Source: Takakia lepidozioides
Taxonomy: Eukaryota; Plantae; Bryophyta
Direction: 5' to 3'
NCBI GenBank assembly: GCA_030704615.1
Contig: CM060731.1
Location: 83,948,001-84,012,000, forward strand
Length of the DNA: 64,000 nt
The stretch's first letter is position 1. Every line of letters begins with the position of its first letter. This document shows, in pieces, positions 24,447-35,992 of the stretch. The position numbers and the translations under genes were made by a program. The notes beneath the pieces are model-generated. The model had not been told where the DNA came from and did no database searches. It saw only the letters and a list, made by a program, of their open reading frames with translations.

Positions 24447-25639
24447 CATGTAGACAGTGATGCAAATATCTTCAATTATGTGGAGGGGGAGGAGACGAAC
24501 CTGGTGGCGCGGCCGCTGCTGCTGCCGTCGCCCCTCCCGCGCCCCCTGCTGCTGCCACTTCTGTAGCTCCCCGAGCTCGCCCACGCGACGCCTCCATGCC
24601 TCCACCACCTCTCCACGAGCAACTCCAGTCCTTGAGGTGAGTGAACCTACCACCTCCTCTTCGCTTTGCTTGTTGCTAGGGTTTAGGATTGTCTTGATTT
24701 CGTCACAGATTCAAACTTCCCTCCCTTTTTGAGGGCCCCAAACTGTCGCAGATGGCAAACCCCCATCTGCGTCGGTTTTGGGTAATCTGCAACAGCAGGG
24801 GGGTCACAGAATGCGGATCGGCGCCATCTGCGACGGTTTGGGTGGACTGCGACGGCACGGGTGTCGCAGATCTCCTTGGGCTTTTGTTTTTTGTTTTTTG
24901 GTGTGTTTGAATTGCATTTTGTTTTGTTTTGTTTTTTCTTTTGGGGTGCTTTCATTAACCACCCCGAGTTCTTAAATCCCACTAGGTTATGGTGCGCCAT
25001 CATCGGCGGGCGAGTATCGCCGACTTTAGTGCGGTGCCCTTGTCGGACGGCGCCTCGACCTCGTCCGCTCATCATGAGGACACACCTGGTGGGGGTAGGC
25101 CTGCAAGTCCGGAGTCGCGATGACCCGATGGGCCTATGACGGACCCCCCCCCCCCCAAAGATGGAATGTTGGTGCAAGAAGTGTTGGCGACAAATGGGGC
25201 TGGGTCTTGCACCAATTTTGCGTTGTCGAAGCACATTATCGCCTGCATGGCATTACCGATGCAGCGAGGGTGAGTCTTCCATAAACCCTTTGGATTCAAT
25301 TAATTGGACAGATGCAATTAATTAATTAATACATGCAATATACATTGCTATAGTTTCATGGTAGAAATGATTGCTAACTAGTGTTGCAACATTTAATGTC
25401 TTGATCAGGCAGAGCGGCGCTCCGCCCCCCCTCCACGCCCTTTGCTACTTCTTAGTCAGGCTTTTAGCTATGACATCTTCTAGGGTTCCGCCAAATATTT
25501 CAGTTTTCATGTCTTTCCGCACGCTACGTTTGGCATTCCCACCGCTAGGCTCCGCTCTCAAGATAGATAGTTACTGGTGTGTCATCTATGGCTTGACCGT
25601 TGTGCTTCTTTTAAGTATCATTTTGCCTTGAGATTCTGT

Positions 25640-27711
25640 GAAATTTTTCACAGCCGAGTACAACATGTTTTTCCCCGCCATATACCAACCTGCTCCAAGC
25701 ACGAAGCATGGTACACTCTTTCGGGCGTCCACAACCCCCCCCCCCAGCTCTTTGTTTTCTACTCCAAACATAGCTCTATCCGTATCGGCCTCACAAGAAC
25801 ATGCACTACAAGAGAAGCTGGGTTTCATGACTGTGGCTTTCCCGTAGTCATGGCACATCTGACTAAATAGATGACTACACAGTCGTGAATGCAGTTAGAA
25901 ATGAATAAATATTTATCGGACGGACATATGACGGGACATATGACTAACAGTCGTGTGCAAGTCTAGGATGTGATGATATGTCACGGGACATATGACTAAT
26001 AGTCGTGTGCATGTCTAAGATGTGATGACATGTCATGGTACATATGACTAATAGTCATAGGATCTGATGACATGTCAAGGTACATATGATTAACAGTCAT
26101 GAGTACGTCTAAGATACGATGATGTGTCATGTACACATGTCTATGATTGGATGACATGTCATAGTCATGTATTACTACATGACTGTGACTGTATGTATGA
26201 CTATGACTAGACGTGTCACTCTCTTTATATTTCAAAGTTTGTTGTGGTTATATACAATCAAACCACTTATATTATGCATGTATGTGTAATAGATGAATTG
26301 GTTAGTGTAAAGTAACTTAGTAATGCTATAATGTGGAGGTCTCAAGTTCAAGTATGTATTGTCTAATAATGTGTGGGATGGTGTGGGGTCAATGGTCAGC
26401 GGTCAACGCACATTTCAAATTTTTAAACCGCCAAAATTCAAAATTTGAATTTCAAATGTCAGTGTGGACATTTGTCAAGCAGACGCATTGCCGCATGTCC
26501 TTCACGCATATGTCTATAGTCATGACAGCGCTGGTATGACAATGACTATAGGGTCAAATATGGACACATGGCATACAGGCGCCTCGCCGCGTGGCCTCCA
26601 TGTGGGTGTCTATAGTCATGAAAGCGCTGGTACATATGACTACACATCAACCTCCAATCAGCACGCTCAAATGACACATCATTTGTCTTTAGTCAGTCAT
26701 GGGGACTTATGATTGTCAGGTACATGTGACTACAGTTGCTCTACGACCAGGGTTTTATGACTGTTAGTCATGAGGGACTTATGACTAGAAAATAGTCATG
26801 AATCCCAATCACAAATCCCTATTTCTGTTGTAGTGACGATCAGGTATTTTGTCACCGGGAGGAAAGTACCTCTACAATAAGGAGACCCCTTGGTGACTAT
26901 GGCACAAGGCGCCCCCGCTGGGCCTTGGGCGTAGCAACTACAACACGGGGATGGCGATCATCCCCCAATACGCAGTCTCTGGTTATAACGTAACAGTTCA
27001 TACCACACCAGGTGCGAGGCTTCAACCCCCAGACGACCTCTCAACGGCCTGCTGGCGTATAATGCTACACGCCAACACAATTACCTCGATCCAGGCAAGC
27101 AAGATCTCAATGACAAGGTATGACCCGGACCTAGCTGGGATCAGGCTTCCTAATTGCTTACATAGCCTTCTTGCTGGCCCAAGGTTAAGCATCTTCAGCA
27201 TCCCCAGTATGACCTCCCCTCTTGGGACCTCTAAATCCCCCGGGAAGCCACAACTGCCTTTTCGATTCTCCTCTCATAAACCAAGACCATACCAAGCGAC
27301 TCAGACTGATTGGCGCTGGCAAACGGGGCCTCGCACTACCCTCTCTCCAGTGCTCTCTGGTCAACGCACGAGCTGCCCATGGGCCCTCCTCTGTTTAATG
27401 AGGCGGTGACCTTCCCCAGGAGTCGTCGATACAAGATCCTCCCAGCGGATGACTTCAATCTCATGTTTTTAGAGGAGTCCATCATGGATGCTCCAAGGTT
27501 CTATCCCTGTCTGGCTACAAGACAAGGCCAGCTCAACTGGCTGGATTGGTCTGGTAGGGATGGTGCCCCACCTCAGCAGAGGCCTCCAGGCTGGTCTTTC
27601 GAATTCGGCTGGCTCCACGGCAAGGATGACCACTTCAAGTCCGGAAGCTGTGGTGCCCATAACACCCCTCCCGGTGATGAGGATGCGGTAGCCAGAGCAG
27701 CGGCATTGTAA
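25640..27711 (+). pseudogene. Degraded unknown ORF split by the CACTA insertion
   Basis: Removing 25804-26835 plus one TSD joins ...SIRIGLTRT to RSGILSPGGKYLY...MAIIPQY in one frame (one internal TGA remains). A frameshifted continuation follows at 27310..27711. Confidence 0.45.
25804..26835. mobile_element. Non-autonomous CACTA (En/Spm) element, 1032 bp
   Basis: Ends CACTACAAGAGAA and TTTCTGTTGTAGTG. 3-bp TSD ATG/ACG. Dense ATGACT/AGTCAT subterminal repeats. Confidence 0.92.
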
Positions 27712-27719
27712 TCTCTCAA

Positions 27720-30470
27720 TGCTACATTACCCTCCTAAGCACAGGGAGCTCTCTACACCCCCCTATCAATCATCGATTCTTTCTTTTTTCTCCCTCCCTT
27801 TAAGCCTCCGTATGTCGCACAAGGTTTACCCACCATCCGCTGTTGTTCCATTGATTTGCCTCAGCTGGTGGCCCCTTAAACGCAAATGGCGCTCAAATGC
27901 CCAACAGGAGTTGGCACACAAACCCACGCGACACTATGATGCTCAACACCAATACCCAAAACACCCTGCCCCCGATCCGCCATCAATCAAGACTCGGCAC
28001 CCCAGCTGCCATGGTACCAGCCCCCACTCTTCTTATCACCCAACCCCTAGCGGCAGCACAGGTACCTTTCACAGCTTACCCTCCTCTTTGCTACGTATTA
28101 TACCTTCATTTATGCTGCATGCCCCTCCTCCACAGCCCTGGACCTCTGATTCTGCCCTGTATACACTACTTGCGCTGTTTACCACCTCCCAACACATACC
28201 AGAGATAGAACACTCTCACTACCCACTCTGCACGCTCCCGCCTTACTACCAAATACTACCTATATGCACTGCCCAGATACATCCCCGTTATGCACTCATC
28301 AAGATATCAATGATACAAGTATGCCCAATCTGCCTGCCCCATCTACAGTGCATATCTGCTTTCCCTTATATCATATGTCTCCACCTACACTCAATTCTGC
28401 ACTACACTGGCCTCACTGTTCCAACACTCACCTTTTGTTTTCTCTATGTTCTGCAGACCCAGAATCAACAGGCTACTCTCACCACATGCCAAGCTACTCG
28501 ACACGAACTCGTGGACTTTGCTGCACTCCAAGACTACCCACGTCCCAATGTCTTTACTGCAATGACTATCACATGATATATGAGAATTTCCTTTTACAAA
28601 ACACTCACTCATATCAGCTCCCTGAGCTGCTTACATTCTTCCACATCCCCTACCAGCTCCCTGAGCTGCACACAAATCTACACATCTACTCTCAGCTCCC
28701 TGAGCTGCTTACATTCTCTCACATCTCCTACCAACTCCCTGAGCTGCGCACAAATTCACACATCTATTCTCAGCTCCCTGAGCTGCACACAAACTCACAC
28801 ATCTACTCTCAGCTCCTCGAGCTGCATACTACTCTACACACACATACCCAACTACCCGAACTACCTCTATCTCTATCTCTATCTCTATCTCTACGTACCT
28901 ACAAATGGATACATACATGTCATGTTTATGTGACCATACACGCATTACCTGCCCATGACCAGACAACCAATACACATAATTGTAATCCGATATCAACTGC
29001 GTACATTTTCTTATAATTACCCATCTGTTTTCGCTATCTGTAATGAGGCCCAGCAGATTATACTTCCCCACAAACAACCGCCTATTTACATCACCCACTA
29101 TGGGCCAACATTCTGCATCCACACTGCTACAACCGAGCTACACACCACTATACAAAGAAATACCCAGGCCCTGGTGCCATATACTACCCCACACAAAAAT
29201 ACCCAGCTCCCTAAAACACATGCTACATTACACATAAATACCCAGCTCCCCGAGCTACATCTAACTCTACCCACCCACTACCAGCCCCCCCTGAAGCACA
29301 CACCCACACACCCCATCATAACCCTTGCACACAGCAGAAATCCGAATTACATCACAATGTTATTGGTGCACTTCAACTGGACACATTCTCAAACGGATAT
29401 AGTTCACCGCACACTACATATGTCTGAAAAGGCAGCCCGTGCCCATCTCACTAAAACCCAACATCTGCAAAGTCTTCCTACATATAATAAATCGTCTACC
29501 TGCCGCAGGCAAGGCAGGGCCATAACTTATATACACACTGCCCTCACTATATTCCCTTCTTGCACCTCCAGTAGGGCCACATACTCCCAGCGCCACTTGC
29601 CCCCACAACCTGCATCCCCCCACCATCAACATCCATTCATCCCCCACGCCACCACAAACTTACCACATACACAAAGCTCATACAACGGACACTGGACACT
29701 CCACTCTAGCTTAGACATTAAAAGTCACAATTGCCTACACCATAAAACATACACACCCCCCAACACCACACATCCTCTAACCAACATTATTACACAATGC
29801 CAGTACCATACACCATATCCACAGCCGTCAATAAGGTGCAGCCCCCAAGACAAACACCCCAGCTGGCCATGTGACATCACAGCAGTCCCCCCCCCCAAAG
29901 CACAACACTACCTCTTCCCTACGGTGGAAAGACATCTCCTCTTTAATACATCCCCCCTCAACTTAACTACATAGATTAATGCATCCCCCCAAATAACCCT
30001 CTCTCACTCCCACCCCCTATCACAAACCCTCTCCAATATCACATCCTCAGTACAAACTGTCAGTATGTGGTTACACCAAAACTCCATTATGCCCCACCAC
30101 CTCTCAGCCTCACTCAGCCGCCACCCCTGTATAAACAGATAATGGCCACCATCAAAGCACTGCATTATCCCAGCCGCCAATCCCACTGGCATCATCTCAC
30201 TCCCGCCACCACTAGGGAAACGTTGACACTGCTCATTATAGCAAGCACCCTCTCCATAGTCCCATACCCCCGCTCTGCCGCTCTCGTCTTTGCCATAGTT
30301 ACACATCCACCGTTCACTGCCCACACCCACCCTGCATTAGTGTTCATCATCCTCCCACTCCCACTCCCTCTTCGCTTACCTCAGTCAACACCTCTATACG
30401 TATATCTAGTTCCAAAGTGGGCGGAATTCAGAAACAAGCTAGCAGTATTCAAAAGCAGCCTAGATCTACC
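27720..30470 (+). mobile_element. LINE 5'-region fragment (same family type as 10183-18355)
   Basis: Strong C/A sense-strand bias. Peptide-level resemblance to 17560-18350 (LYTLL; NDYH vs NDCH) immediately before a tandem repeat. Confidence 0.5.
28613..28893. repeat. 39-bp tandem repeat (~6-7 copies, in-frame QLPEL... 13-mer) followed by a (TCTATC)n microsatellite
   Basis: CAGCTCCCTGAGCTGC units every 39 bp. The hexamer run is at ~28866-28893. Confidence 0.9.
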
Positions 30471-30544
30471 AGTATAACCACCCGGAGTAGAAAATCCAAC
30501 GAGCTCCCACTCTCCACCCTCAAATCATCCACGAACAACCATCA

Positions 30545-31893
30545 AATGGAAGGAGACGAGGAGATGGAGCAGACTCCCGCTGGAGCGACGGACGCCAGCG
30601 CCATGCACTCCTCCGACGCGCTCTTCTTCGCTGCTGAACAAGCCTACCAGACCCGGTCTACACAGAGTCCACCGAAGGTCGCCAACCCAAGCGTGCGTGC
30701 GTCAATGTGGCTACCTCACCCCCGCCGCACTCAACCATTCCCAAGCAGCTGCGAACCGCTCCTCCCACAACTCTCTCATCCCCTGTTGATCTGCTGACGC
30801 TCAATCCATGAGCAAATCGCCCCTCCGACGCCCTCAACAGTGAAGCAGACAGTAGCCACTCCGACCCAAAAAAATCAAGGGGCCCCAATGTGCAAGACCA
30901 ACTTCAATGCATGGACACCTCCAGCCCGCTCTCCCTCCCTCTACTATGGCTGGGATATGAAGCGCTCGAGCAACAGGCCATTGACTCACAACTCCCCATC
31001 ATAGCCGAAGATCGATCCGGCTTTGAACTTCAGAGCCTGGGTCTCAGTCACTCCGAAATCTACGAATTGCAGAACTGCCCGAAGGCGTACCCGCACGTTT
31101 CGCAGCTCCTGTTCCCAACAGTCAGATCGGATGGGCGAGAGGGCTAATTCTACCCCCTCACTCAATTACAAACAGGGACCATAATTGATCCTGCATCAGG
31201 TCTGTCGGAGGCCCCCCCACACATACTGATCCGGTTTGACATTGATATAGAGATACCCAAGGAACAAGCTCTCCAAAGAGCTCGCAAAAGGTTCGAAACA
31301 ATGAATATCCCATTAGGGACCCGATTGTACTCCCCAATCACAGCACTCTCCAAGCACGGCAGCTCGACCTGGTGTGGCGTTTTCAAAGTGGAACTACTTC
31401 ACCCCGAAACTGATGGATTGGCTCTTCTACGAGGCAATCGAGCATTCGTCATCAACATGGCCTCGGGCACGCAAATGCAGGGGAAGGTCAAGAAGGCATT
31501 CGACCTTTCGGCATCCACCGACTACCTCTCACTCTACATGGCGAGCGATGCCCTCCTAGGTACGATTGGAAGCAAGCTTATTATGCATCTAATTACGGAA
31601 ACTTACTACCATGGGGATGAGTTCGAAATACTCCACGTTGCCAAGACTCGCCCTGATACCAAATTTTGCTTCATATACCTAGCTACTGAAGATACCAAGA
31701 CCCGTATGCTGGCTCATGGTCATGTGCGTGTCAATCACAATTGATCAAACCCCAATTACGAAACCATCGGACCAGTATGACGGGCATTGCTGCAACACCA
31801 CAAGAGATATCCGCTGAACGAGATGCCCTCACGTTGGTGGTGAAGAGCCTCAACCCACTCCATTCGCAAGCGGTGACCGAAGCAGCTTTCTAC
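30545..31893 (+). pseudogene. Degraded ORF, probably LINE ORF1-like
   Basis: Collinear broken frames 30545-31890 including MNIPLG...KVELLHPETDGLALLRGNRAFV...GKVKK.FDL. The resemblance to bryophyte LINE ORF1 is from recall only. Confidence 0.45.
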
Positions 31894-32510
31894 GAGGGGT
31901 TGCTATTCCATGAGCTCATGAGCGGGCATGCATGAGCCATGAGCCGCCAAGTAACACACTACTAATAACGGCGGTTTTTTTTCGGGCAAAAAACGATAAA
32001 ATAATCGAAAATAGTATAAGAAGAATAGGTTTTCGAAGATTTCCGTGCTCATGCTGGAAGCACTCCGCTCATGACGTCGAGCCCAAGCTCATGTACCGCC
32101 AGCCCAAGTCATGGGAAAACTGAATACTGGCCAATAACGACACCGAAATTGCCCCATAGCAAGGGACGCGCGCGGAATTACGATCGGGATTTGCAAACTC
32201 CGAACACGCAACGGGGACCTGTAACCGTGGATAGTACTGTTGCAGAACTACAGGATGGTTGGGGATAACGGCGCCGAAATTGGGCACCGGAAAGGAAATA
32301 GCCGGTTGAAGGCTCCGGAGTGAAGCCAATAACGGCGCCTAGAGAAGAGCAAAATGAGAGTGAGGCCGGCGGGAGATGGATATATCATTGTTGCACTGCC
32401 AATGTCGTATGCGGCAGAACTCGAATTTCCTCCCACATGTGTGCTTTTATTAGACAAATCCGCACCAGTTTCGGGACAGTTTGCATCTGGCAGTTTTCGG
32501 CCATGTCATG
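31894..32510. mobile_element. Terminus of the MULE-like family (CATGAG-rich end)
   Basis: GAGGGGTTGCTATTCCATGAG followed by CATGAG repeats and GGCGCCGAAATT. Aligns with the ends at 56503 and 59017. Confidence 0.65.
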
Positions 32511-32512
32511 CA

Positions 32513-35500
32513 TTATCGAGATAACCTTTCCGGCATAGGAGACCCCCGTCGCTTCTTTTCTGCCATCTGAATTGCATAGTCTTCTCCCATGTCAAAAGAA
32601 TTCTGTGAAGAAACAGTTGTATCAGAATCATCATCACCTCTCAGATGTTTTAATTTTCGAACCTTTTGTGGAATCATCTGGGGCATACAATGCTGTCCTA
32701 CCATGTCTGGAAGTTTGCATTTTACAACTTGGTGTAACCGCTGAACAGCAAAATTGGTGTAGACACTGAGCTCCATGTCTGTCCAGGTGAGTGGGGTACC
32801 AATTACTGGTGCAGCGTGCAAGTACTTCCATGCCACATGTCCCTTATAGAAAATGTCATCAAGTCCGAATTTCTGTGTTGACAAATGGTTGCAGGCTGCT
32901 TGAAACCATGAACGAATTTGAGAATCCTTTTGCATCATAACTTTTGGGTCATATAGGTACATATGAGGTGGCACCGAAGGTAATACCCAATGATCTCCAC
33001 TGGAATAACTCAGAAAGCGTGTTTGCATCTTTTGTTGCTCAATGTGGTAACGTACCAGAAAACAAGCAGCGTAGTATAGCCCGCACCCCATGACAATACT
33101 TGCTATCTCCTTGGTCTTGGTATAAATGAGTCCATGTACAACCTGGAAAGCAACCAATTCCCTCAACATGGTACCTGCCTCGTGCCAGTATTGTGCAAAG
33201 TGATGATCTTCAATATGTCGATTGTTTGGAAGAACTTTAGTCCTAGTTGCCACTGGCAGCCAAATACGCATGATTTGGTAGTAATGTGCGAATGACTGCG
33301 GAGGACTAAATTCTTTCCAAGCCAAATCCAACATGATGGGAATTTGGTTGAAGGGCATAAGCATAGCCCTGCTGTACTCCCTTGCAGCTGGAGTTTTAGG
33401 TGGGTTAAAAGCGGCATTGCCCCATACCTCCGGCTGTGGTGGCTGTGGTGTGGTTGTAGTAACCACAGGTTCAGCTACTGGTACACTGACCTGTTGTGGT
33501 GGTGGTGGTACTGGCTCTTGTATCATTGGCATCTCCTGCACCTCCTGTGAAGACTGAAAAGCCAAAGTTCTAGCTTGTAAATAAGAAGCCATTAGCTGTT
33601 CCTGAGGGATATAGACTCTTTGGTCGATGTTTGAAGTGAGGTCTTCCACTTGAGTCTGCAGTCCGTCTACATCCTCTTGTAACTCTGCTATCCTACTATA
33701 GACATTGTCTATAGTAGTTGTGGCAATGTTCTGCACCTGCAGCCTGAGCTCATTCATCTCGCTTTGGGTGAGCTTCCGTGGTGCTTTGCCCTCTACTGGC
33801 CCTTGTGCTAACCAGACCTGCATAAGGCTGTTATCCACTAAGCTGCTTGTGGTTCCCCTGAGAGTTTGCTCCTCTCTTAGCTTGTACAATTCCAACTGCT
33901 GTTGTAAAGCCTCCATGCGCTTTGCCTGTGGCTCAACCAATTGCGCATAAGCAGCAAGTAGATTATTGGCTTCCTTCCAAGCCTTGTTACTGACCGCGAT
34001 TTCATTTCTATTGGCCACGATGGTTTGTTGCAACTCCACGATGTGTTTCTCTTGATCAGCTTCCATCTGCCTGTATTGCTTGAAAGTATCTTCATTGCGA
34101 CAGATTGTATTCTTCATATCGACAATGAGCTTCATTTGCTCAACATTCTCTTCTTCTGCCTTCGTACATTTTTCCGCTTGACTGTTTATTTCTTTTGTTG
34201 ATTGGTCAAGCATAGTTGTAAATGTAGCACATTGTATCGCCATCCTGTTATGCACTGTCTGCAACTCCGTATGTAGTGCATTCAGTTCTTGCAACTTGCT
34301 TTCATGCTGCACCTGCATTTGGTATAGCTGTTGCTTATGTGCTTCGTGCAACTGGTCTTGCGCGAGGCCTGCCTCAATCAATTGTTGCTTGGCCAACTGC
34401 AAAGCCATTTCTGTATTGCCCAAGTCCTGCTTCATCTTGAGAGTGACCTCTTCATCGACCTTGTTTGCACATTCAGTGGCAAGTCGAGCCTCAAACTCCT
34501 TCCTGAGTTCCTCTTTCAAGGCTGTCAATTGGGTAATTGGAACATGGGATTTGACATAAGTCCCCAACAAATTAAGTGTCCTGCCTATGGAACTCATCAG
34601 CATTGCCTGTTGAGGGTCATCATGGTGAGGTTGCTGCTGTTCCTCCTGATCTTCAACAGTATGATGTCTCACTAACCATTCAGGCCATTGTCCCACCGGA
34701 TTTTCTTCCTGAACTACTTCATCTATCACCGGTGCTACAGTGTCATGACCTTCCGCCTGTGGTACCTCCGACACAGGTGTGTGTATTATATGCACCTCAG
34801 GATTTCCCTTGGGCAACTGTTGCACCTCTGGGATTTCTGTCTCCTTGACCAGACCAGAATATTCATAGAGAAGGTCCCCTTTCTCTATTTCTGCCACTAT
34901 CTGCTCTGTAGTTGGAATATCTATCCCTTCACTTTCCAAATCAATTATTTCGGGTTGAGTTGCATGGATAACTTGTGACAAGTCGTTCAAGTGGCTGTGA
35001 TGGTTGTGATGCAGAAGTAACTTCCTCCTCCCTCTCTGAAGGTCCTGCTTCCAGTAATAGCATTTGTCTGTGCTGCTGTGCCCCTTCCTGGCCATGAGCT
35101 TGGGAAACATTATCATGCGGAATCCGTGAAGCCAGTGGATCCGCCACTACAGTCTTTCCCCTTCTCTGCCTCTTAGTCTCGGGTTGTGCTGCTAGTCCAC
35201 CCTCACTGTGTGAAGAGCCTTGCTCTTCCATTGCAGTTGTTTCTGGCTCAAACACTCCCATTTCCTTCCTTTCTTGTGCATTAAGTATGCCAGAATTAAG
35301 GATTATTTGAGCAATGATTGGGCCAGACACAATGATAGGAGACTTTGCGGTAGTACCTTGTAATCTTTTCATCTCCTCTACTAGTGCGTTGTACATTATG
35401 TCCGCCCATTGTACCTCTTGTCCCTTCAGGCCTTTGAGTATTTCCTCTGTGAAGGATCTGCTCAAATATTGTTGGTTCTGTTTCAGGGCAATCAGAACGT

Positions 35501-35906
35501 TCAATACCTGGCCTATCTCTTTTAACCCTGGGTACATAGCTTTGGTACAAGCATAACCCTGAGTTTTAAAGAAACTCCCTTCTTGGAATAAGTCCCCTAT
35601 TTGCAGTCTTGCCCTGTGTTCCTCCACATGCACCTGACCTGCTGGTAATCGAAACAATTGCTGGAGGTATAGGGGAGTAATCATTAATTCAACTCCCTTC
35701 ACCGTTGTTGTTCCTGTCCTTGGCTCAAAGTTCTGCAAAAATTGTAACATGTACTGTCTATGGTGTAGTGTCCAATCTAGGCTTTGCAATCCTTCCAATC
35801 TCAGCTCCTCCAGTATCTTTATCGCCTGTGGGGTAGCCATCGTTTGTTTCTGCAGAATTGTGGTGCTCTTCACCCTGATTTCCTCCATTCCTCTCACTCT
35901 CTTCAT
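32513..35906 (-). CDS. 3' accessory ORF (~1130 aa if ORFs 34941..36029 and 32513..35116 are joined across a +1 shift): plant-transposon-protein-like N-domain, long coiled coil, aromatic-rich C-domain
   Basis: Two long overlapping ORFs. N-part QFLQNF...VKGVEL.ITP..LQQLFRLP...VQWADIMY resembles Athila-type accessory ORFs. Q/E/L-rich heptads at ~33620-34520. Confidence 0.7.
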
Positions 35907-35992
35907 TTTAGACTCACAGAACTGCTTTGGCTGTAACAACTGCAGGAATGCCTGTAGTGCACAAAGCATAAACGTATGGTTGCCGCAGAAAG

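Noticed and set aside
24690-25300. Additional CACTA element (ATCTGCGACGG / GTCGCAGAT repeats)
   Set aside because: The repeats look subterminal, but no CACTA terminus or TSD could be located, so it was not called as a feature.
32513-35116. Retroviral-type Env or host myosin/SMC gene
   Set aside because: No signal peptide, convincing TM helix or ATPase motif. It is intronless and contiguous with pol.
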